From positions 306-64,305 of the forward strand of contig SKVW01000053.1 in NCBI GenBank assembly GCA_007129255.1: a DNA stretch of 64,000 nt, given 5' to 3'. Below the pieces are notes generated by a model, which saw nothing but the letters and a program-made list of their open reading frames with translations, was not told the origin of the DNA and did no database searches. The translations under genes were made by a program, and so were the position numbers. Position 1 is the stretch's first letter. Each line of letters opens with the position of its first letter. This DNA is from Bacteroidales bacterium (GTDB lineage: Bacteria > Bacteroidota > Bacteroidia > Bacteroidales > UBA7960). Shown here piece after piece: positions 10,140 through 19,038 of this stretch.

Positions 10140-10685
10140 TCATTCCTTAATGTATTTTTCGATTTTCCTGACGGCATGATGATAAGAAGCTTTCAGGGCC
10201 CCTTCGGAGGTGTTAAGAATTTTGGCCATATCCTCGTATTTCATTTCGTCATAATACCGCAGGGTGAATACCACCCTTTGTTTTTCCGGTAAGGAAAGGA
10301 TGGCTTTTTGGATGGTTTTTTCCATGGCATCTCCTTCAAAGTAAATATCGGACTCCAAGGTGTTTTCCAGTTGTTTTTCCACATCGATCAGGGGCAGGAA
10401 ATAACGGGTTTTTTTCTTTTTCAGAAAGGATAAGGCCTCATTGGTAGCAATGCGGTAGATCCATGTAAACAGGCCCGAATCCCCCCTGAAGTTTTTAAGA
10501 GCTTTCCAAGCTTTGATAAAAACCTCCTGCACCACGTCATTGGCATCCTCATGACTGATTACCAGGCGACGAACATGCCAGTAAACCTGTTGCTGGTATT
10601 TGTTAACAATCAGGTTAAAGGCATAATCGGGATTATTCCCTGTGAAATATTGCTTCAGCAATTCATCATCGGAGTAATGTGTCAT
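10140..10685 (-). CDS. ECF-subfamily RNA polymerase sigma-70 factor
   Basis: 181 aa. Region 2 reads DANDVVQEVFIKAWKAL...FTWIYRIATNEA and region 4 reads LPEKQRVVFTLRYYDEMKYEDMAKILNTSEGALKASYHHAVRKI. Confidence 0.9.
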   Translation of the reverse strand: MTHYSDDELLKQYFTGNNPDYAFNLIVNKYQQQVYWHVRRLVISHEDANDVVQEVFIKAWKALKNFRGDSGLFTWIYRIATNEALSFLKKKKTRYFLPLIDVEKQLENTLESDIYFEGDAMEKTIQKAILSLPEKQRVVFTLRYYDEMKYEDMAKILNTSEGALKASYHHAVRKIEKYIKE

Positions 10686-10703
10686 TCAGGCCCTGAATTG
10701 GAA

Positions 10704-11657
10704 CTATTTTCTGCTCATTACTTTGCGGGCTGCTTCAACGATATTGGATGCACTCAAGCCATATTTTTTCATCAGCTCACCCGGTTTGCCGCTCTCACCA
10801 AACTGGTCATTGACAGCAACCATTTCAACGGGGGCTGGAAGGTTGGTTGCCAATGTACGGGCGATGGATTCACCCAGTCCGCCATTTATCTGGTGTTCTT
10901 CGGCAGTGACTGCGCAGCCGGTTTTTCTTACTGATTGTATGACCATCTCCAGGTCCAAAGGTTTAATGGTGTGAATATTTATTATTTCAGCCTTTATGCC
11001 TTTTTTTAAAAGGGTTTTCCCGGCTTCAAGGGCTTCCCATACCAGGTGGCCGGTGGCAAATATGGTTACATCGGTTCCTTCATTTAAAAGGATGGCTTTG
11101 CCAATTTCGAATTTTTGGTCGGGATCGGTAAAGTTCGGGACTTTGGGTCTTCCAAAGCGCAGGTAAAGGGGCCCGTGATGATCGGCAATGGCAATAGTTG
11201 CGGCCCTGGTTTGGTTATAGTCGCAAGGAACTACCACCGTCATATTGGGCAGCATTTTCATCATGCCGATATCTTCAAGATTTTGGTGGGTAGCTCCATC
11301 TTCCCCTAATGTTAGTCCGGCGTGTGAGGCACAGATCTTTACATTTTTTTCGGAGTAGGCAATGGATTGACGAACCTGATCAAAAACCCTTGCCGTGCTG
11401 AAGTTGGCAAAAGTCCCGGTATAGGGAATTTTTCCCCCGGTACTCAGTCCGGCAGCTATGCCCATCATGTTGGCTTCAGCAATGCCTACCTGGAAAAACC
11501 GGTCGGGAAATTCATTCTGAAAATCATTCATTTTTAAGGATCCGGTAAGGTCGGCACAAAGTCCTACAATTTTCGGGTTACTTCTTGCTGCTTCAAGCAG
11601 GCCGGCTCCAAACCCCGACCGGGTATCTTTCTTTTCGCTAAATGTATATTCTTTCAT
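10704..11657 (-). CDS. Transketolase, C-terminal (pyrimidine-binding plus C-terminal domain) subunit
   Basis: 317 aa with FQVGIAEANMMGIAAGL and HAGLTLGEDGATHQ, typical of a split transketolase B subunit. Confidence 0.95.
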   Translation of the reverse strand: MKEYTFSEKKDTRSGFGAGLLEAARSNPKIVGLCADLTGSLKMNDFQNEFPDRFFQVGIAEANMMGIAAGLSTGGKIPYTGTFANFSTARVFDQVRQSIAYSEKNVKICASHAGLTLGEDGATHQNLEDIGMMKMLPNMTVVVPCDYNQTRAATIAIADHHGPLYLRFGRPKVPNFTDPDQKFEIGKAILLNEGTDVTIFATGHLVWEALEAGKTLLKKGIKAEIINIHTIKPLDLEMVIQSVRKTGCAVTAEEHQINGGLGESIARTLATNLPAPVEMVAVNDQFGESGKPGELMKKYGLSASNIVEAARKVMSRK

Positions 11658-11686
11658 AGGGATTTATGGTTGAAAATTTGCGTTTT

Positions 11687-13117
11687 TTAGTTTACACTTA
11701 CCGTAATGCTTGCCCCGGGTTTAATGACAAAGGGCCGGTCAACAGAAAATGCGGTGTTGCTTGACACCCTGGAGCGGTAAACCAGCCTGTAATTACCGGG
11801 TTGGAGGTAAAGGGTCTGATTGATAATATTTTCCTGAAGGGTATGTACCGGAATTAATTCCCCATCCTTATTATGCAATATGGTGGCATAGCCCGTTCCA
11901 GGCAGCCGAATCACTGCAATTCCCGGTTGGGAGATCTCCACAACGGTTTCATGGTTGTGTTTTACTTCCACATCTTTTATATGGATTTTCGGGATGGATA
12001 ATACTTCCAGGTCATAATTCCCGGTAAGGTATTTCAGCGACTGATTCAGTGATTGAACCCTTAGGGTTTCCATGCTTCCCTTTTCCCTGACAATGATCTG
12101 GTGGTTCACCGGACTAGGGCCATCGGTTTTAATCCTTAGCGTTCCCCTGCCTGCGTCGGCGGCAATGATATTATGGGTTCCGGAAACCAGTTCGATGCCA
12201 TTAACCCTGACCTGTGGGGTGCTGTGTACTACCATATCATAGGTTACCACCGGATCCAAAAAGTATAGCGTATCGGGTAATCCCCTGTGATTTAGGGTAT
12301 GTACAAAATTTTGCTTGATTTTTCCGGTATGGTGATCATAGAAAGTTATGGGCACATTGCTTTCTGAAGGATTTCCATAGACATCCAGCAGGTTCACCTG
12401 GCTGGTGGTACTGCTGATGATCTGGGAGATGATGATATTCAGGCTGGCTTCAAATTCGCTTTCGCTGCTGCCATCAAAGTAGTGGCCCACACATTCAAAT
12501 TCTTCCCGAAAATCCCTTCCAATCCCAATAACAAAAGGCCTGAGAACAATCCCTTTTTGCTGAAGCCGTCGGGAAGCTTCGCAGGGATCTCCCCCACATT
12601 CTTCAATTCCATCGGTTATCAAAACCACAATATTGCGGCAATCCTCACAGGGAGGGAAATCATTTGCGGCTTCTTCCAGGGAAGCCGCAATGGGGGTGGT
12701 ACCCCGTGGAGTGATGGTGCGCAGGCGGTTTCGGATCCTCGAAATGTTATTTTCCCTGAAAGGCACTTCCAGTTTGGTATCGTCGCAATCCTGAGGAGGA
12801 TAACGTTTTTGATGGCCAAAGACCCTTAGCGCCACCTGCACATTGTCAATGCTCTGCAGGCTGTCAAGAAGCTCATTGAGAATATTTCGGGCAATATTGA
12901 TGCGGGTATCGGTTTGCCAGCGGGCATACATGCTCTGAGAGGCATCAAAGATAACCAGGATGCGGGTGGGTTGCTCCGGGCCGGCAGCATGATTTTTTGC
13001 TCCTATGCCCGGGTTGACTCCGCTTGCGGCAATCAAAAACAATATGATGAGAATCCTTTTCAGCAATGGAATGTTTTTAAATAATGATACGATAAATCTG
13101 TTTAATGGGTTTATCAA
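11687..13117 (-). CDS. Secreted or anchored VWA (MIDAS) domain protein with a beta-rich C-terminal region
   Basis: N-terminal hydrophobic anchor and MIDAS motifs VIFDASQSM, RGTTPIA and ITDGIEE. Three Cys clusters (QDCDD, CEDC, ECGGDPC). About 250 aa of beta-strand-like sequence follows. Confidence 0.85.
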   Translation of the reverse strand: MINPLNRFIVSLFKNIPLLKRILIILFLIAASGVNPGIGAKNHAAGPEQPTRILVIFDASQSMYARWQTDTRINIARNILNELLDSLQSIDNVQVALRVFGHQKRYPPQDCDDTKLEVPFRENNISRIRNRLRTITPRGTTPIAASLEEAANDFPPCEDCRNIVVLITDGIEECGGDPCEASRRLQQKGIVLRPFVIGIGRDFREEFECVGHYFDGSSESEFEASLNIIISQIISSTTSQVNLLDVYGNPSESNVPITFYDHHTGKIKQNFVHTLNHRGLPDTLYFLDPVVTYDMVVHSTPQVRVNGIELVSGTHNIIAADAGRGTLRIKTDGPSPVNHQIIVREKGSMETLRVQSLNQSLKYLTGNYDLEVLSIPKIHIKDVEVKHNHETVVEISQPGIAVIRLPGTGYATILHNKDGELIPVHTLQENIINQTLYLQPGNYRLVYRSRVSSNTAFSVDRPFVIKPGASITVSVN

Positions 13118-13122
13118 AAAAG

Positions 13123-13968
13123 CTAATAATCCCCAAGGGTTTCTTCAAAATTGGCCATTGCTTTTTCAAACTGCTCGTCATTCGGCGGCTTGCCGTGCCA
13201 TTCGTGGGTGCCCATCATAAAATCCACCCCATATCCCATTTCTGTATGCATGAGGATAAGCACGGGTTTTTGCTTACCGCAAAGTCCTTTGGCTTTTTCA
13301 AGCGTTTCCAGCACCTCTTCCATAATATTTCCATTCATTTCCAGCACTTCCCAGCCAAAAGCTTCCCATTTGGCTTTCAGATTACCAAGGGGCATTACCT
13401 CATCAACGGGCCCGTCAATTTGTTTTCCATTATAATCCACGATGCCAATCAAATTATCCACCTTTCTGCCGGCCCCAAACATGGCTGCTTCCCAAATTTG
13501 TCCTTCCTGTTGTTCCCCATCGCCCATCAGACAATAAACAAGGTGGGGGTCCCGGTTTAATTTTTTAGACAAAGCAGCACCAATAGCTACACTTAAACCC
13601 TGCCCGAGAGAACCGCTGGCAACCCTTATCCCCGGAAGGCCTTCTTCCGTGGCCGGATGCCCCTGCAGGCGGGAGTCAATGGCCCTGAAGGTTTTGAGTT
13701 CGGCCGTATCAAAATACCCGCTGCGGGAAAGCACACTATACCATCCTGCCGATAAATGACCATTGGAGAGGAAAAACAAATCCTCATCCTTGCCTTCCAT
13801 TTTAAAATTTTTGGAATCGTGTTTTAAAACGGAAAAATATAAAGCCGCGAACAAGTCGGCGCAGCCTAAAGGTCCACCCGGATGTCCGGATTGCGCTCCG
13901 TGCACCATTCTTAACACATCTCTGCGAACCTGTGTCGCAATTGATTTCAATTCTTTTATGTCAGCCAT
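13123..13968 (-). CDS. Transketolase, N-terminal (TPP-binding) subunit
   Basis: 281 aa with SGHPGGPLGCADLF and the TPP-binding motif GDGEQQEGQIWEA. Confidence 0.95.
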   Translation of the reverse strand: MADIKELKSIATQVRRDVLRMVHGAQSGHPGGPLGCADLFAALYFSVLKHDSKNFKMEGKDEDLFFLSNGHLSAGWYSVLSRSGYFDTAELKTFRAIDSRLQGHPATEEGLPGIRVASGSLGQGLSVAIGAALSKKLNRDPHLVYCLMGDGEQQEGQIWEAAMFGAGRKVDNLIGIVDYNGKQIDGPVDEVMPLGNLKAKWEAFGWEVLEMNGNIMEEVLETLEKAKGLCGKQKPVLILMHTEMGYGVDFMMGTHEWHGKPPNDEQFEKAMANFEETLGDY

Positions 13969-13994
13969 TCTTTTATTAATTTTTTTTGAAAAGA

Positions 13995-14002
13995 CAAAGG
14001 TA
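13995..14002 (-). promoter_or_regulatory. -7 box TAccTTTG upstream of the transketolase operon
   Basis: The minus strand reads TACCTTTG, 27 nt upstream of the ATG at 13968. No well-spaced -33 TTTG is present. Confidence 0.35.
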
Positions 14003-14179
14003 CGAAAATCAAAAAATCAGGTAGATGGTATTATTACTTAAGTTTTATTATTAATATAGGGGTGCAGATATTATAATCAAAACAGTAATAAGGAAAAAAA
14101 CTGAAACGTTTTTTTTGAAAAACCGTTTAAGAATAAAAGAATCAGGGGGGTTAACAAGGCTTCCAATGAATTACCGGAA

Positions 14180-14659
14180 ATGAAAAATTTGAGTACATTC
14201 TTTATAATTTCGTCCATCATAATAACCATTGTTTTATTTGCCAGTGGAAAAGTTTCTATGGAAGAGGCTTTCCATGAAGTTAACTATCAACAGGCACTCC
14301 TTGCCTTTTTTAAGTCGGCTTTGGTGGCGATGGTGTATACTTTTGCCATTGGGATCATGTTGGTGATTGTACTGATAGATATTTTTTTTTCTATTCTGCT
14401 TCGTTCTGAATTTCCGATTATTCTTTTTCTTTATGAAAAGGGTTACAGTGGTTTTACCCTGAACTGGTATTGGGAGGCTTTATCCGGTAATGATATTTTG
14501 ATGGGGGCTATGATCATGTTCCTTTTCGGATTTATATACCTGAATATACGTCCTCTGAGAAAAAAAGAGGTGGTGGTTTATGACCCTAACCGGTTAAACC
14601 CCAGGGACAGTGCCAGCTTCCATGGTAATGACAAAGGCTACCGCAACAACAAAGTTTAA
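14180..14659 (+). CDS. Hypothetical membrane protein
   Basis: 159-aa ORF with three or four hydrophobic helices and no recognisable motif. Confidence 0.6.
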   Translation: MKNLSTFFIISSIIITIVLFASGKVSMEEAFHEVNYQQALLAFFKSALVAMVYTFAIGIMLVIVLIDIFFSILLRSEFPIILFLYEKGYSGFTLNWYWEALSGNDILMGAMIMFLFGFIYLNIRPLRKKEVVVYDPNRLNPRDSASFHGNDKGYRNNKV

Positions 14660-16335
14660 TCTGCTTTTAACTTTCGGTATTTGATCCTTTTGGGTCTGGT
14701 ATCTCCCAGTCTTTTCTTTTTATTTTCCTCGTATTCTGAATATCCTCCTTCAAAAAAGCAAACATTGGAATCCCCTTCAAAAGCCAGGATATGGGTTGCC
14801 ACCCTGTCAAGGAACCATCGGTCGTGGGTAATGATCACCGCACAACCGGCAAAGTTTTCCAGGCCTTCTTCCAGTGCCCTGAGGGTATTAACGTCAATGT
14901 CATTGGTAGGCTCGTCCAAAAGGAGCACGTTAGCTTCACTTTTAAGGGTAAGTGCAAGGTGCAAACGGTTTCTTTCTCCTCCGGAAAGTACGCCGCATTT
15001 TTTTCCCTGGTCGGTACCGGTAAAATTAAAACGGGCCACATATGCCCGGCTGTTCATCTTTCTGCCAGACAGATTGATGAACTCATGACCCCCGGAAATG
15101 ACTTCCCATATGCTCTTTTCAGGATCTATATCGGCATGGGATTGATCTACATAGCCAATTTTTACGGTATCTCCTATTTCGAAACTTCCCCGGTCTGGGT
15201 TTTCATGGCCCATGATCATGCGGAAAAGGGTGGTTTTTCCTGCCCCGTTGGGTCCAATGATCCCGACAATGCCGGCCGGCGGCAATGAAAAGCTCAAATC
15301 TTCAAAAAGAAGCTTATCCCCAAAAGCTTTGGTTACCTGGTTGGCTTCCACGATTTTGCTTCCTAATCTGGATCCGTTGGGTATAAATATCTCGAGGCGT
15401 TCTTCTTTTTGTTTTACGTCTTCGTTGAGTAATTTGTCGTATGCGCTAAGCCTGGCCTTTGATTTGGCGTGCCGGCCTTTGGGGCTCATCCGCACCCAGT
15501 CAAGTTCCCTTTCCAATGTTTTGCGGCGCTTGCTTTCACTTTTCTCCTCCATCTCCAGGCGCTTTGACTTTTGTTCCAGCCAGGAAGAATAGTTTCCTTT
15601 CCAGGGAATCCCCTCTCCCCTGTCCAGTTCAAGGATCCATCCTGCCACATTATCAAGAAAATACCGGTCGTGTGTAATGGCGATCACGGTTCCCTTGTAT
15701 TGATGCAAATGCTGCTCCAGCCAGTCCACACTTTCAGCATCCAGGTGGTTGGTGGGCTCATCCAGCAACAGGATATCAGGTTCCCGCAGGAGCAGGCGGC
15801 ACAAAGCCACCCTGCGGCGCTCACCACCGCTGAGATGCCTCACCGGTGAACTTCCATCAGGGCAACGCAGGGCATCCATGGCCCTTTCCAGTTTGCTATC
15901 CAGTTCCCATCCTCCATGTTGTTCTATCAGGTCCGACAGCTCTCCCTGCCGCTCTATGAGCTTATTCATCTCCTCGTCGCTCATGGGTTCGGCAAACTTC
16001 ATGTTGACCTGTTCATATTCTTTCAAAACATTCACAATTTCCTGAACCCCTTCCTCCACAATTTCTTTAACAGTCTTGTTGTCATCCAGTTCCGGCTCCT
16101 GGGAAAGATGACCCACCGAATATCCGGGAGAAAACACCACATCTCCCTGGTAGGATTTCTCTTTGCCGGCAATGATGCGCATCAGGGTAGACTTTCCGGA
16201 ACCATTCAAACCGATTATACCGATTTTGGCACCGTAAAAAAAAGAGAGGTAAATGTCTTTTAAAACCTGTTTGTTAGGAGGAAAAACCTTGCTAACCCCC
16301 ACCATGGAAAAGATGATCTTTTTGTCGTCGCTCAT
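14656..16335 (-). CDS. ettA: ABC-F ATPase, energy-dependent translational throttle protein EttA
   Basis: 559 aa with two ABC cassettes (GLNGSGKST / LSGGERRR and GPNGAGKTT / LSGGERNR). No TM domain. Length and linker are typical of EttA. Confidence 0.9.
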   Translation of the reverse strand: MSDDKKIIFSMVGVSKVFPPNKQVLKDIYLSFFYGAKIGIIGLNGSGKSTLMRIIAGKEKSYQGDVVFSPGYSVGHLSQEPELDDNKTVKEIVEEGVQEIVNVLKEYEQVNMKFAEPMSDEEMNKLIERQGELSDLIEQHGGWELDSKLERAMDALRCPDGSSPVRHLSGGERRRVALCRLLLREPDILLLDEPTNHLDAESVDWLEQHLHQYKGTVIAITHDRYFLDNVAGWILELDRGEGIPWKGNYSSWLEQKSKRLEMEEKSESKRRKTLERELDWVRMSPKGRHAKSKARLSAYDKLLNEDVKQKEERLEIFIPNGSRLGSKIVEANQVTKAFGDKLLFEDLSFSLPPAGIVGIIGPNGAGKTTLFRMIMGHENPDRGSFEIGDTVKIGYVDQSHADIDPEKSIWEVISGGHEFINLSGRKMNSRAYVARFNFTGTDQGKKCGVLSGGERNRLHLALTLKSEANVLLLDEPTNDIDVNTLRALEEGLENFAGCAVIITHDRWFLDRVATHILAFEGDSNVCFFEGGYSEYEENKKKRLGDTRPKRIKYRKLKAD

Positions 16336-16394
16336 TTGTAAAAATTATAGGATGAATGGAAATGCAAATTTCCAAAAAAAAGCGGACTGTTTCG

Positions 16395-16402
16395 CAAAAT
16401 TA
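16395..16402 (-). promoter_or_regulatory. -7 box TAatTTTG upstream of ettA
   Basis: The minus strand reads TAATTTTG, 60 nt upstream of the ATG at 16335. Confidence 0.35.
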
Positions 16403-16553
16403 TCCCCGTGGCAAGAAATTATCGTTCTATCTTTGAGCAATTGTTTTTAAAAATTTTCAGCGGTTACCGTCATGGGTAACCCGTTTGGCCTGACAATTTC
16501 AGGAAGGGAATTTTTTTTTGATTGATTATTTGGGTAGTAAAAAAACACTAATA

Positions 16554-18446
16554 ATGAGTAAACTGACGCACCAGGAAATAAAGGATTTTTTAAAAGATGT
16601 TGAACTTTTTTCTGACCTTCAGCAGAAGGAGCTGGATTACTTCAGTGGGGAAATGGAAAGCAAATCCTATAAAAAAGGAGAATTGCTTTTTTCTGAGAAT
16701 ACCCCCGGTCACAAGCATTTGTTTTTGATTTATGATGGAGAGGTTGAGCTTTTTAAAAACACTCCCTTTGGCGAGGAAAAGCGTTTGTCTTTTTTCCGGA
16801 AATATGATTTTATCGGGGAAGGAACCATGTTATCGGAAGCTCCTCATAGCACCACGGCCCGGGCATTAAATAATACCAGGGTACTCATGCTGGCCGGTGA
16901 AAAATTCAAAAAAATGTTTGAGACCCATACCGGGGTTGCCCTGAAAATTTTCATGCAGGTTTCAAAGGTCATTTCCCGGCGCATGCGCCAGAGCAATATG
17001 CGGATGGTGAATGTGGCAGCACAGTATGAATCAGGACGCACGCGCAGTGAAAAGGATCTTTTGGGTCAAAGGGATGTACCTCATGAGGTGCATTATGGGA
17101 TTCAGACCTTAAGAGCCCTTGAAAACTTTAACATCAGTGGGGTAACCCTTAATTTTTTCCCGGTGCTGATTCAGGCTCTCGCCATGGTAAAAATGGCAGC
17201 TGCCAGGGCCAATCACGATCTTGGCCTGTTAAAAGCCCCGGTGACTGAAGCCATTGAGCAAGCTTGTCATGAGATCATACAGGGAAAATATGTTGCGCAG
17301 TTTGTTGTAGACATGATCCAGGGGGGAGCCGGCACTTCAACCAATATGAATGCCAATGAGGTTATTGCCAACCGGGCCCTTGAAATCATGGGATACAAGA
17401 AAGGAGATTACCGGTATTGTCACCCCAATAACCATGTAAACCTTTCGCAGAGCACCAACGATGCTTATCCTACTGCAATAAAAATTGCCCTGATCAACAG
17501 CAACACAAGGCTGGTTGAAGTGCTGGAAACACTTATTAATGGGTTGAAAGAAAAAGAAGAAGAATTTGCCGGTATTCTTAAAATGGGCCGCACACAATTG
17601 CAGGACGCCGTGCCCATGACCTTAGGGCAGACTTTTGGGGCGTATGCTACCACCCTTGAAGAGGAAATTTTCCGTCTGAATGACAATGCCGGGCTACTGG
17701 AAGAAATAAATATGGGGGGCACGGCAATCGGGACGGGGATCAATGCCGAACCTGAATACAGTGAAAAGGTGACATGGCATTTGCGCCAGATCACCGGGCT
17801 TGATCTGAAGCTTGCGCCTAACCTGGTGGAAGCCACCCAGGATACCGGGGCATTTGTAATGTATTCTTCAGTGGTAAAACGTTTGGCAGTGAAACTTTCC
17901 AAAATTTGCAACGATCTCAGGTTGCTTTCCTCCGGACCGCGCACGGGTCTGAACGAAATTAACCTTCCACCCATGCAGCCGGGGTCGTCCATCATGCCGG
18001 GCAAGGTAAATCCCGTGATTCCGGAAGTGGTCAACCAGATCGCCTTTAAAGTGATAGGCAACGACCTTACGGTGACCATGGCCGCGGAGGCCGGGCAACT
18101 GGAGCTTAATGTAATGGAACCCATCATGGTTCAAAGCCTTTTCGAGTCCATTGAAATGCTGAAAAATGGAATGACTACCCTGCTTTATCGTTGCATAAAA
18201 GGGATTACCGCCAATGAGGCGCATTGCCGCAACATGGTGTTGAACAGCATAGGACTGGTTACGGCCCTTAACCCGGTTTTGGGCTATGAGAAATGCACCC
18301 AGGTTGCCAAAGAGGCTCTTGAGCAGAATAAAGGGGTATATGAGCTGGTGCTGGAAAAAGGCTGGTTATCGCAAGCTGAGCTGGAAAATTTGCTCTCCCC
18401 TGAAAACATGCTCGGCCCCAGTATCCATAAAGATAAAAGATCATGA
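16554..18446 (+). CDS. aspA: Aspartate ammonia-lyase with an N-terminal cyclic-nucleotide-binding-like domain
   Basis: The C-terminal ~470 aa carry aspartase motifs: HYGIQTLRALENF, TSTNMNANEV and GSSIMPGKVNPVIPEVVNQ. The N-terminal ~150 aa match the CAP/cNMP-binding pattern (LFSDL...GELLFSE...YDGEVELFK...IGEGTML). I chose the ATG at 16554 over the TTG at 16518. Confidence 0.85.
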   Translation: MSKLTHQEIKDFLKDVELFSDLQQKELDYFSGEMESKSYKKGELLFSENTPGHKHLFLIYDGEVELFKNTPFGEEKRLSFFRKYDFIGEGTMLSEAPHSTTARALNNTRVLMLAGEKFKKMFETHTGVALKIFMQVSKVISRRMRQSNMRMVNVAAQYESGRTRSEKDLLGQRDVPHEVHYGIQTLRALENFNISGVTLNFFPVLIQALAMVKMAAARANHDLGLLKAPVTEAIEQACHEIIQGKYVAQFVVDMIQGGAGTSTNMNANEVIANRALEIMGYKKGDYRYCHPNNHVNLSQSTNDAYPTAIKIALINSNTRLVEVLETLINGLKEKEEEFAGILKMGRTQLQDAVPMTLGQTFGAYATTLEEEIFRLNDNAGLLEEINMGGTAIGTGINAEPEYSEKVTWHLRQITGLDLKLAPNLVEATQDTGAFVMYSSVVKRLAVKLSKICNDLRLLSSGPRTGLNEINLPPMQPGSSIMPGKVNPVIPEVVNQIAFKVIGNDLTVTMAAEAGQLELNVMEPIMVQSLFESIEMLKNGMTTLLYRCIKGITANEAHCRNMVLNSIGLVTALNPVLGYEKCTQVAKEALEQNKGVYELVLEKGWLSQAELENLLSPENMLGPSIHKDKRS

Positions 18447-19036
18447 AATCCTGCGTTCCCCCGCCGGTGATGCTCAATGGCTGGAAACACCACCTTGGCT
18501 TTGTGGTTTCAAAACTCAGGGATTTTAAAGAAAGAAAACCGCAGGATTTTGAAGCCTTCATTCTTAAGTTGAAAATGCTGGGGGAATCTCAGTTTGACCT
18601 TTACACCGGGTTTCTAACCCACGTCGATATTGCAAAAGAAGCCATAATCCATCTGGAAACCCGAACCAGCCTTGATCCACATTCATACAAGGCCTGGTTA
18701 AGTGAAGGGCAAACCCATTATAAAGAAGTTATGTTTTCCGATCAATCCACCTGGACCTTTCTCGAAGGAGATGATGAGAGTTATTTCATTCACATTCATC
18801 CCTCCAGACATTCAAAGCATAGCTGCCGAATGAAAGCCAACCATTTCCGATCGGCTTTGGGGCTTTTGGCCTATGCTGTTTTTAAAAAGCAAAAACCAGA
18901 TCTGGAGTTGTTAAACCGCCTCAGGAAGGATTATCTTGACTTGTCTGTTCTGACCCCTGTTTATGCAAATTCTATTTTTGAAACCGCAGAATTTATAATG
19001 GATAGAAGCAATATTGGAAATAATCTGAATGGTTGA
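18443..19036 (+). CDS. Hypothetical protein, translationally coupled to aspA
   Basis: 197-aa ORF whose ATG overlaps the aspA stop (ATGA). No motif recognised. It contains a His-rich patch, FIHIHPSRHSKHSC. Confidence 0.6.
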   Translation: MKSCVPPPVMLNGWKHHLGFVVSKLRDFKERKPQDFEAFILKLKMLGESQFDLYTGFLTHVDIAKEAIIHLETRTSLDPHSYKAWLSEGQTHYKEVMFSDQSTWTFLEGDDESYFIHIHPSRHSKHSCRMKANHFRSALGLLAYAVFKKQKPDLELLNRLRKDYLDLSVLTPVYANSIFETAEFIMDRSNIGNNLNG

Positions 19037-19038
19037 GA

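Noticed and set aside
14656-14659. Convergent genes sharing overlapping stop codons (TTAA)
   Set aside because: The overlap is real but trivial, a common result of genome compaction.
16462-16481. 7-bp hairpin GGTTACC/GGTAACC in the ettA-aspA divergent spacer
   Set aside because: It is short, has no U-tract and matches no recognisable operator or riboswitch context. It cannot be distinguished from chance.
17465-18127. 220-codon ORF antisense to the aspartase region
   Set aside because: It is a shadow ORF inside a gene with clear catalytic motifs.
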